From: Monocercomonoides exilis PA203
Lineage: Eukaryota; Protista; Preaxostyla
Direction of reading: 5' to 3'
Assembly (NCBI GenBank): GCA_001643675.2
Contig: LSRY02000027.1
Location: 496,001 to 560,000 of the forward strand
DNA: 64,000 nt
The notes beneath the pieces are model-generated. The model was not told the origin of the DNA. It searched no databases and worked only from the letters and a program-made list of their open reading frames with translations. The translations under genes and the position numbers were made by a program. Position 1 is the stretch's first letter. Each line of letters opens with the position of its first letter. Positions 14,401 through 24,700 of this stretch are shown piece after piece.

Positions 14401-14793
14401 GAGTGCTTGACATTGACTATTCCCTTTGGCGAATATGAGGCTGCGATTGCTGGAGATAAGATTGCGAATGGAGAGAGGCCTGACCTGAGAAGGCTGGAAG
14501 GGAACTCATACGAGAATGTTGTTCGGGCGAGCCTGTCGGGAGCAGCAGGAGAGCGGCCGACGTTGAGCGAGCTGCGGCGAGAGTTTGTTGGGCACTTTGG
14601 GGGAAAGGCAGCGATGGTGACGATGTCGGATGCAATCGAGTTGTGCGGGTCGGGGGAAGGAGGCGAGAGTGCAATAAAGTCTGTGGCAAATTCTGGAGAG
14701 AGCAGCAGAATGAGCAGCAGAAGGAGTGGTAGAAGTAGTGGCAGAGAAGCAAGAGGCGCAGCAGAGAAGGGGCCGAATGAAGAGGCAGCGTGA
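2424..14793 (+). CDS. Giant (~4080 aa) type-I membrane protein: signal peptide, 8 CGxxxxPC/GGA beta-helix-like modules, TM, C-terminal pseudokinase; 1-nt frameshift near 14089
   Basis: Exon 1 2424-2565 has a hydrophobic N-terminus. A predicted phase-1 intron 2566-2684 (GTGTGA...CTCAG) joins it in frame to ORF 2747-14104. Repeated GGAIY/GGAIF/GGGIY motifs and CG...PC motifs occur at ~4199, 5224, 6425, 7475, 8660, 9740, 10664 and 11813. TM LWPIIVIIMAIILMIVIIASVVVTI at ~13376-13450. Kinase C-lobe motifs (NLSPHIVL, WKAPE, FSIGMMLWE, ERPTL) lie in overlapping ORF 14092-14793. Confidence 0.8.
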
Positions 14794-15400
14794 CTTTGGA
14801 AGGAATGGGTGGGAACAGACAAATTCCAGGAAATGAAATTCTCTTAATTTATCCAAAAAAACAAATCTTGAGGCAATTTATTTTTTATTTTTGAGTTTCT
14901 TTCTTTTTCCATATTGCGTTTCTGTTTTGAAGGTTTCCAGAAAAGTCTTTGAAACAAGCCTGTTTATCGATTGTTCAATTATCAAAGGGAAAAAGAAAAA
15001 AGAAAGAAAGAAAGAAAGAGAAGAAATGTGTTCCACAAATGTGAATAAGTTATTTATAAATTGAAAAATGAAAAATGAAAAAAGAAGGGAAAAAAAAATA
15101 CTCCAAATAAAAGGATCTCGCTTTTGGCATTTGCCAAGCAGGCACACCAAAAGTGGAGGAAAGCAAAAACAAAACTTGTAATTTGAAAAGATTAAAAAAA
15201 AAATGAAAGAAAAAGGAAAATACAAATAAAATCAAAAGCCAAAGACGCACAAATCATCGAAACATCGAAATGAAAGTTATGGCCTCTGCAAAGCGCATAT
15301 TTCAACTCCTTCAAATATCACAGCTTGTGTTTTTTTATTATTTATTAATTTATTTTTTTCCCAGTAGCATTAAAAAGAATATTCATCTCCCTCACACCAT

Positions 15401-15705
15401 TCAAGCCCTTTTGAAAGGAAGCTCCACTTTGCTCCAGTTCATCCGCTGCAGCCCTTCCTTTGGGCGCGAGAGCAGCTGCGTCACTTGCTCCGCCTTCAGC
15501 AGCTTCATCTGTGACACTCCATACGTGCACACAGCAAAACGCACCAGCTGCGGAATGCCGCAAATATAAACAGGCAATTGAACCCCCTCGCAGTAGAAGT
15601 ACACGCACCCTTCCCCTTCTCGGAGGTCAACTTCACACATCACAGCTTGCCCACACTCGAACTTCTGCGCATCCCGCTTGCTCGCTGAATCCGATATGCA
15701 GCCGC
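15401..15705 (-). CDS. 3' exon of a small SPRY/B30.2-like domain protein (5' exons unresolved, may be a fragment)
   Basis: KFECGQAVMCEVDL...VYFYCEGVQLPVYICGIPQLVRFAV resembles the C-terminal strands of SPRY-like domains; GC-richer than flanks; TTTGCAG acceptor near 15705. Confidence 0.45.
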
Positions 15706-15742
15706 TGCAAACAGAGCACACAGCACAAAAGAACACATGCCA

Positions 15743-15780
15743 AAAGCAAGAATCAAAGCAAGAATCAAAGCAAGAATCAA
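15743..15780. repeat. 12-bp tandem repeat (aaagcaagaatc) x3
   Basis: Directly visible. Confidence 0.9.
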
Positions 15781-16409
15781 AATTGGAGAAATGCAAAAAT
15801 TGTCATCAGCCATGTTGCATGGCAAGAATAAATAAATAAATAAAAGTGTGAGAAAGGCAAATCACAATAAATCAGAAATTCATAATCCCAAGTAACATCA
15901 CAACAACAAAAATCAAATAGCACACAATGAATGCAAGCATCCATCCTCTTGAAGAAAAGAAAGTTGAAATTTTTTAATTTCATATTCTTCTTGTGATGGA
16001 ATAGGCAAAATTGATTTCCGTTAAAACAGTTATTTAAGATTGTTTTGCCTTTAAAAATTAACGAGAAATATTTTGTTTTCCCATTTTTAAATATTCACAA
16101 CATATTTTCAAATAAGATATTTATTCAAATAAGAATTCAATTTTTTATTTATTCTTTCTTTCAAACTTGGATTTGCCCGTCAATGGTTTTCTGCAATTTT
16201 AAAAGACATCTTATTGACTTTTGCATTTACAATTTTAACAAAAATCAACATAGGAATTGTTTTTCTTTTTTTCTCTTCTTTACAAAACTGAATGAATGAA
16301 CTTAAAGAAAATCAAACAAGATACTACAGATCAAAATTGTTACTTAAAAATATCAACAAAAAAGATCATCAAAAAATCCTCAAAAAAACCCACGTAAATT
16401 TTTGAATCA

Positions 16410-18566
16410 TTATTCCCAAACGCGATTGGGAAACAATTTTGGTCCAACAACAGGAGCGAGTAATAGCCAGATGTATAATAAGACGCAGGAATAATGAGCT
16501 CCAGTTTTGGCCCACATGGAAGCTGTGCTTATTCTGAGAAAAGAGTTTAATAAATAAATAAACAAATAAAATGATTAAATATGAAATATTTATGATGTTA
16601 GCAAATCAAATCCAAATAAAATTAAAAATTATTTTTTTTTCCACCGTAAAAATACACAACTCAAACCCAGCAGAAAATCCAGAATGTGCGCTTGAATCAG
16701 TTATTGTGTACGACAAAGCAACAGACGTCACATGGCCAGACGCGAGAAGGAATGTCAAGTACAATTTCCAATACTGGAAATTTGACTTTTGACTACCATC
16801 TCCAAGTTCGTCGTTGTCATTATCATCTTTTTGCTTTCGGCTTTGCGAACTGACCGAATCAACATTTTCATTCCCGTTTGCAGACATCAAACCAGGAGAT
16901 GGACTCAAAAGTGGTGTTGAAGAGCTTTCAGATGAAGGTCTGCGATATTCATTTGCTTCGAAATTGAATTTTCAAACAAAAGTTATGAAAAGAAAAAAAC
17001 ACAAAAGATGTTTTTGCACACAGTTCCTGTCTTCTTCATCAGATGCTTCGGTTTCTCTGTTGATTTTTGACGCTGTAGAGAAAGCGACGTATATCAGCGG
17101 GACATACAGAATTATCATTGAAACCACCTTCATCACCACGTCTCGAGGCGTCGATACTTCTGCTGATTTGCTGTGTGAAGCAAAAAAAGGTGCAAATATT
17201 GATGTGATGCATTCTTTATTTGGGTTGGAATTCAAGGCCGTGAAGTTAAGATATGCACAGTACACACACACAAATGAAGTGATGAAAAACGAAGCAGTTT
17301 CAATCTGAAAAGTTGAAATGATCGAAGATAAAAGGCAGGGAAATGGAATTTGTATAAATTTCGAAGATATGCAATCCGTTTTTCAGATTTGACGAAGGAA
17401 AAAATGAAGCATGTGGACGATGTGTTAAAAAGGCAAAAATAAATAAACAATCATGCATTTACAAATTAAAATTTTGTTTTCAGTAAAAATTATAACAAAC
17501 CAGAGCAGTCATTGTGATAAGCAATCCAGACAGCGCAACAGTTATTATTGTCAAAATCAGAAGCGTAGTGCAATCTTTTTGATTGAAAATAAAGTGAATA
17601 ATAAAAATAATAAAAGTAGGCAGGGAAAAAAATTGCTTTTTTGTGCAAACGAGCGTAGATTGCAAATGTTATTCCAATGATAGCGATGTATACAACTGCA
17701 CCTCCAATAGTAAATGTCATTAGAAGTTTAATCCAGTCCTTATTTAGCCAACTATCATTCCAACTGCTAAACATGTCAAGCATGAGGATGACTTGCACTA
17801 TTAAAAATAATATGCTGCATGAAAGCATAAAATAAAATATTCCAGATGCTATTTTCTATACAGAAGTGAAAAAACTAATATGAGGTCAAAACAAAAAGAC
17901 TTGAGCACACCTGAGGAATGAAGTAGCATCCTGCGCAAATGCCAAGAAATAAAATAACTTTCAGTAGCCAACACCCATTGTGAAAAAATGTGCAAAGATT
18001 TTTTTTTCCAGAGCAAGTGAATACTGAAAGAAAAAGCATCAAAGCAAAAAAGCACGTCAACGCAAATCCCATCTACATCAGCAATAAATCAAATTCTCCT
18101 TATAATTTTAAAGGCAATTTTACAAACCTTCACCACAAGCATTTTATTGGAGCACATCTCTAAAGAGCCAACGCATATTCCAACATCTTCGAAAAAAGGT
18201 TTGTTGGAAAAAATTTTAAATCCCTTTTAAATGCGATATAATTATCAAATTATTATGAAATAAAACAAATAAAACCCATATCGATGAAACAAAGATTATT
18301 ACAGTTCCAATTGTCAAAATTAACAGAGAATAGATTCTCGCAGCTTTTTTTTCAAAAAATTTAAAAAAAAAATCACTTTCTATTTTCAAAAATAATTACT
18401 ATTGTTAAACCTAAATCTGTGGGTGGATTATTTCGAGAGCATGAAAAGCAACTATTTGAGCAAAATGAACCAATACACGATCCGATGCAACCTTGAAACA
18501 TACATTACATATAAAATCAACAAAAAAAAATATCAAGTAATTAATACTTCCGCAACAACAGCACAT
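16410..18566 (-). CDS. SERINC: Serine incorporator (Serinc/TMS1/TDE) family multi-pass membrane protein, multi-exon
   Basis: Cys-rich N-terminus MCCCCG/SCIGSCIGSFCSNSCFSC, internal FFHNGCWLLK and ILMLDMFSSWNDSW, YLTFLLASGHV, and C-terminal MWAKTGAHYSCVLLYIWLLLAPVVGPKLFPNRVWE* match Serinc signatures; exons separated by GT-AG introns. Confidence 0.85.
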
Positions 18567-18750
18567 ATTTATTCAAACAAAGCGTACAATCAACGAAACA
18601 AAAAAATCAATTTTACAACCACTTATTTATGGTTCTCACAAAAAAGTGTTTATCCAGAAATAACCTCAAAAAAATAAATAAAATGGAATAAAAAGATAAA
18701 TGGAAAGAATAAAAATTTTGTCAAACGCATTTATTGCAAAATTCGGAATT

Positions 18751-21700
18751 CTAAGTTGAAGTGAAAAAAGATCCAACAAGTTTTCTTGTACCTTGAGGAG
18801 AAACAGGTAGATCTTCTTCTTCTTCGCTCATTCGAAGCGCAAGTGGGATAACTCTTTCGTTCAAAGAAAATGGGCCGCCCACAAAAGGCATCAAAGCCAG
18901 CAGGGAAAGAGGAGGGAGAGGTGGTGGATATCGTGCTTGGCAGGCATCTGCTTGTAGCGGCTGGCTTTGGCTCTGAACATTCTTTCGCTCTCCTCCTTCG
19001 AACGCCCCGAGAATATCAACCTCTGCCGATGCCTCGATCTGTGCCAGTGCCTTCTCTTCGTACTCCCAGTCGATGTAGTTTGAGAGCTGCTCTGACACAA
19101 GTGGTATCCGCGGAAGATGGCTCAGCACACTCACACACAGCCTCGTCACCCGCAGCCTCTCCCAAATTGCATCACCCAGCCACACGACACCTCGATAGAG
19201 ATCGTCAATAGGAGTGGAAGCTGTCACTCTTGCAACTTCCTCTTCCGTCAGCGGCTGCTTCGGAGAGCGGGTGGGTGATGATGGAGCAGGCACAGATGAA
19301 AGTGCGGGTGTTTGAATTGGAGTAATGGCTGAGGCAGGTCGGGGAGGAGTGAAAGGAGCAGGTGACATTGTAGCAGGGGTGGCTTCACCAGAATTCGCAC
19401 TCAGTTCGGACGATGCTTCAGATCCACACTCATTCTGCTTGGCTCCACTGACAGCAAGCCAGAGGAGATGCACGCAGCACCAATAGCCCTGCAGCAGCTC
19501 ATCCAAAAGTGCCAAGCATACTTCAATTCCCACTCCTCCAAGTTCCGATGACTGTCTCACGCCTCCTCCATTCGCTTCGCCAGCATCACCAGCACCTGAA
19601 TACTTGCTGACTTCTCCTTTCTCAATCTTGTCGTTAAGCTCTGCCTTGTCAACTGTGCCTGCAGAATCTGCATGTGCCATGTTCCACCGCACGTCAAACT
19701 CGTGCTTCTTCTCCGCCTGCTCGCTTGCAGCTGGCTCCGCCGAATGTATCGTTGGGCGGATGGAGTTTTGTGGCAAGCTGCCATTTGCCAACGGCACTGC
19801 ATTCTTCGAGCGTTGTCTCAGCGTGTCGCCCAAACGGTCGTTCGTCAAAATGGAGTCGCGCCCAGACAGAGAATCAGCCAGAACAGGAGCACCGAGGTCT
19901 TTAGATCCGAAGCGCTTCTTCCCTTTGAACCTTTTAAGAGAGCCGAAGTCGCCATTCATTGTGTATGATGACAGATCACCGCTCATTCCAGAGGAAGTTG
20001 GGGCAACATAACTTGTGGCAGAGGAAGTCGTCGAGCCAAAGGGATTCATAGAAGTAGCTGCAGATGATGCACTTCCTCCACCACCACCACAACCACTTCC
20101 TCCTCCTGCAATTCCCAATCCAGTTGAAGATGTTCCTGAAGCAGTTGTGCTGTGTGCTGAACCACCAACACCTAAACCAATCCTCCCGCGTGTTGTGGCA
20201 GCTCCAGTTGTGCACACATCAAGCACCAGCCGGCAAGCCTTCACAGCAGACAGCATCACCCGAAGAAGAGGTGCGAGAACAGCCAGAGGGCGGCTGGGAT
20301 ATAGCGAGAAAGAGGGAGATGACGAGAGGAGTGTGAACCAGTCAGTGAAGGAGCAAAGAGTGTAATCGGCATCGCTATTCAACGAAGGGACGATCTGCGA
20401 TGTGAAAAACAGAGCATCGAGATCACTGCTGGGAAGAGGCTTCTGAGAGTTCAGCTGTTTTTCAGTTGTTTTGCGCGACGGAAGAAAATACTCCTTTTTC
20501 TGTGTCGTGAGGACGCTTCTGTGATATTTGCAGATTTTTCTTGTGGAAAACAGATTGACAGCAGCATCATAATTCGGTAGAGATGCTTTCGAAGGCTCAG
20601 AAATAGAATTGCACAAGTGATGGAGCGAATTTCCAGATGAGGGACAAGTAGAGCCAGCTGTAATGTTGATGTTCGCATTCAGATTATTCACAGAGGAAGA
20701 CATTTGCTCCTGCTTGTTACTAATGTTTTTACCCCCTTTCCCATCTCCATCTCCCATTTCTTCAGCTTTCTTCTTTGCCATCTTCATTGCAGCCTTTGGG
20801 TTGCTATTCACAAGCAGTCTCGATGGATTGCACTCTTCCCACTCTGGCCCACACACACAGAAAGGGCAGGCTGGGCAGTACGATCCGTCCAGCCCTCTGC
20901 TGTTGGTCACAAAGAACTTCACTTTGGCAATCGCAAAGCTCAGCAGCGGAATCAGCAGAGAGGACACGATGCTATCTGTAGTGCTGGTTCCGTTGGCTTC
21001 GTCGAGTGCAGACAGAGCAGCTGCGCCTTGTGAGGAGGAGGTGACAGCCATCGTAGACATCTTGTTCATCCACACGTAGAAGAGATCGTCGAGATAGCCA
21101 ATCATCCCAGGCGCAGAGGAGCCAGAGGAAGAGGAGGAAGAAGAAGATCCAGAATTAGATCCACCATTTCCTGGGTAGTTGAGTAAGGCAATGGCAAAAG
21201 CAGGTGGAGCGTGCTGGATGACTCGCAGTAGCAGCGCGATGCTTTTTAAGCAGACGAGAGCGTTCTGCTTCATCGGGCGCTGTGTCAGTTCAGACAGAAA
21301 AGCAGAGTGGGAGAGAGGGTGTGAGTGTGCCTTCCACAGAGGCCACTTGAGGGAGGTGCCATAGCTGGTGTCGAAGGGGCAGGAAGGAAGACAGCGCAGT
21401 GGAGGAGAGGAAGATGGGGGTAAAGTGGAAGAGGAAGGAGAGGAGGAAGGAGGAGAAGAGGAAGAGGAGGAGGAATAAGATGAAAAAGAAGGTGTGAATG
21501 TGTCTATGATTGTATTTGGGGAAATGAATACATTGGAATAAGGATCAGATGAGACAGCAGATGTGTCAGTGGAGCGAGCAGATGAAGTGGATGAAGTGCG
21601 CATGTGGTGTTGTGAATGGCTGAGCGGCTGGGCTGGCAGCTTGGCTGAATGTGCAGCATCGCTTCCAGTCGTCAGCCGGTCAAATGACTGCGAAATGGAA

Positions 21701-24700
21701 TTAATATTGTTCATGTTGTTAATGCTGTTAATGCTGTTAATGTTGTTGATTGTTCCGAATGACACGGGAGGAGAGCTGTCGGCCAAGTCAGGTCTTACCG
21801 ACAGCAGCTGTGTGCAGCTGATTTTTGTATCTGGGCTCCATCGGCAGCCGAAGTCGAGGTAGTGTGTCCATTGGTCAGCCAGCACATACTTCAGGATGGA
21901 GTGGGGCATGGCTGTGAGACGAGTGGGATATAACCTCTTTCGACGACGAGATGAAGAGTAGGAGGAAGAGGAGGAAGAGGAAGATGAAGAAGAAATAGAT
22001 GAAGAAGAAGAAGAAGAGGAGGAGGAGGAGGAGGAGGAGGATGTTGAAGATGATGCTGATGTGATTGTATTTGAAGATGAAGAAGGAGATGGAGTCGGAG
22101 AAGAAGAAGACGATAAGTTTGAAGAAGAAGAGGAGGAGGAGGAAGAAGAAGATGATGATGATGATAGAGGGGTGTTTGTAGATGATCCTGGCACAGCCGA
22201 CGGAGGACGCAGCACCGACGAGCTCATTTGAGTGGACAGCAAAGCAGTTGAATTGGATTGATATGAAGAGGAAAGCTGCTGCATCTGAAGCACATTGGCA
22301 GAGTTCGGCTTCAAGGGAGAGAAGGAAAGCGAGAAGGAAAGAGGGAAAACGGCTGGTCTGTGCGAAAGCGACGCCGCTGCCTCAGAAAATGCAGAGAAGG
22401 CCTCGTTGAGAGAGACCTGATAGTTCGGGTTGCTGAGCACTTTGCTGTTAGGCAGCAAAGAGCCAGTCAGAAGGAGCACCCAACGCGAAAGAAGAGACGA
22501 GGAAGAGCTGGTTGCGCGCTGGCGCTCGAAAAACGCGAGATTTGTGGTTGGAAAGCGGCTGGTGACGAAATATGCCAAGTTGCACTCGGGATCGGGGCTG
22601 GGGAGGAGGAAGCGGAGGACAGAGCGGTGTGGGTGGTTGTGTTTGTGTGGCTGGCTCTGTTGGACTGAAAGAGAAGGGCGGGCAGAATGCTGTGTGGATG
22701 AAGGGAGGGTGGATTGGGCAGCAGAACGAGAGGGTGTGGATGGCTGAGGCTGAGGCTGAAGCTGTGAAAAGGGCTGGGGAGAGGGTGAAGGAGCATTTGG
22801 AGAAGGGGATTTGATTGGTGTTTGTACTTTGCTTTGATTGACGGTTAAAGAGGAAGAAGAAGATGAGGATGATGATGATGATAGAGTTGCAGCCATCACA
22901 TTAGCAGAGGAGGAAATAGTTGATGATGTGGAAGAGTACGAAGAAGAAGGTGAATGCATTGGCGTGTGGAACATCTGCTGCGATGATGAACGAGAATGTG
23001 TTGGTGGAGGATAAACACGCTGTGGAGTGATGAGCTTGCTGGTATTCTGTTTGTGCTGTGTGGAGTTTGAGGCATTCGAAGGCGAAGTCCAAATGTGGAA
23101 GCCCATCCCGTCTGTGTGGTGATCAGCTGCCGGCTGTGCCTTCAGAGCATCAGGCGACCGAAATGCAGACAGAAACGAACCAGAAAGCGGCTTGCTCTGA
23201 GAACTCTTCTCATTCTTCTCTGGCTGGCTCGCTTTCTTCTGGCTGTGTCTGTCTCTGCTGATGTGAAGAGACTCCTTTCTTTCTTTTTTCTTCATCCGCC
23301 GCAGCTGCTCGTGTGTCATGCGCCTGTTGTCGTACTCAAAGTCGTCTTCATCTTCGCTATCATCTCCATACTCCTCAAATCGCTCTTTCTCTGCTGTGCT
23401 GCCCAGTATCGCTGACGGCGGGCGTGCTGAAGGCGCTGCAAATGTTGTTGCTGCTGCTTCGGAGTCTGCACTTAGCTGTTTCTTCCCTCTCTCAACGTCC
23501 TTCTCAGCCTCTCCCCAAAAGTCAAAGTCAATCAGATCATCGTCGTCTTCTCCCTCTCCGTCTCCTTCTTCGCCATCGTCTTCTGCATCATCCACCAAGT
23601 TCCAGTTATCCCCAACAGTTTCTTCGCTCAAGCTGTCTTCTCCAAACTCATCCAACGAAGATTCCGAAGAGCTGTCCTCAGCTTCTGCCCGTTTCCGCTC
23701 TTCTTCTCCGTCCGAATCACCAAATTCGCGTGTGTCCACAAAGAACTGTGCCATGAAGCGCTGCGAAAGCTGCCTCAGCCGCTCTCCTCTCTCCTTCGCC
23801 TTTGCCTCTCTCTCAATCGCACTCTTCACCAAGCTGCCAACACTCGCTGCACGTGCAGAATCCAGCCCAGGTGATGCAATCGGAGACAGAAAGCCAGACG
23901 ATGTGGTGTGCCCATGCGAAGACATCACAAGCGAGCCCTGGGCAGCAAAAAGCGAATGCGGATTGGTTCTGTCAATCGAAGGAGAGGCTTGTATTGGTGT
24001 CATCGGAGCGCTCTTCCCAGCAGCACCTGAATAGCTGCTTAAGTCGGTTGTGACTTGAACGTTGGAGGAAAGCTGATTGTCGTTGACTGAAGAGAAAGTG
24101 CGCGAATGAGCAACTTGTGGAGCGGTCTTTGCTGTTCGTGTGGCTTCGGTGTTTGTGTTCTCTTGTTTGGCTTTGGCGTCTGTGAACATGTCGAGAATGT
24201 CAGAGACGACTCTTTCTTTCTGCTTCTCCTTCTCAAACACGCTGAGGATGTCTGTGATGTCTACCTGCTTCTGCTGGCTCAGCGGCTGCATCGTCTGCGC
24301 GAAAAAGGACGTGCCGCTTGGCTGGTATGGCAAGCTTGTTGTGTTGGAATCAGAATAAATTGTAGGCGAGTGGATGATGGGCTGCTTTGGAGATTGCATC
24401 GACGTGGATGAAAGTGCGGGAGAAACAGTTGGGGTATTCTGTGGCACAGAAGAAGAGAAGGCCGAAGAGGAAGAAGTAGAAGTTGTAAAAGCTGTTGATG
24501 TCATCATAGATGTTGTAGCTGAAATATCAGAGGCGTTTAACAACGATGGACTCGCAGTTGAAGAAGAACAAGGAGAAGCAAAAAAGGATGTTGATGCGAC
24601 TGGATGCCACTGTGATGCTGATGCTGACTGTGAAGGAGCTGAACAATGAGCGTTGTGGTGGAATACATGTTGCTGCGCTGCTGGCTGCTGCTGAACAGAA

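Noticed and set aside
13150-14856. Long antisense ORFs (240 and 291 aa) over the gene 1 tail, and similar ones at 23318-24034, 56313-56759 and 62108-62821
   Set aside because: Shadow ORFs of GC-richer or repetitive sense coding sequence with no independent motifs
16414-16433. Hairpin ttcccaa-acgcga-ttgggaa as a terminator
   Set aside because: It lies in the last codons of Serinc, the stem is short, and the context is eukaryotic
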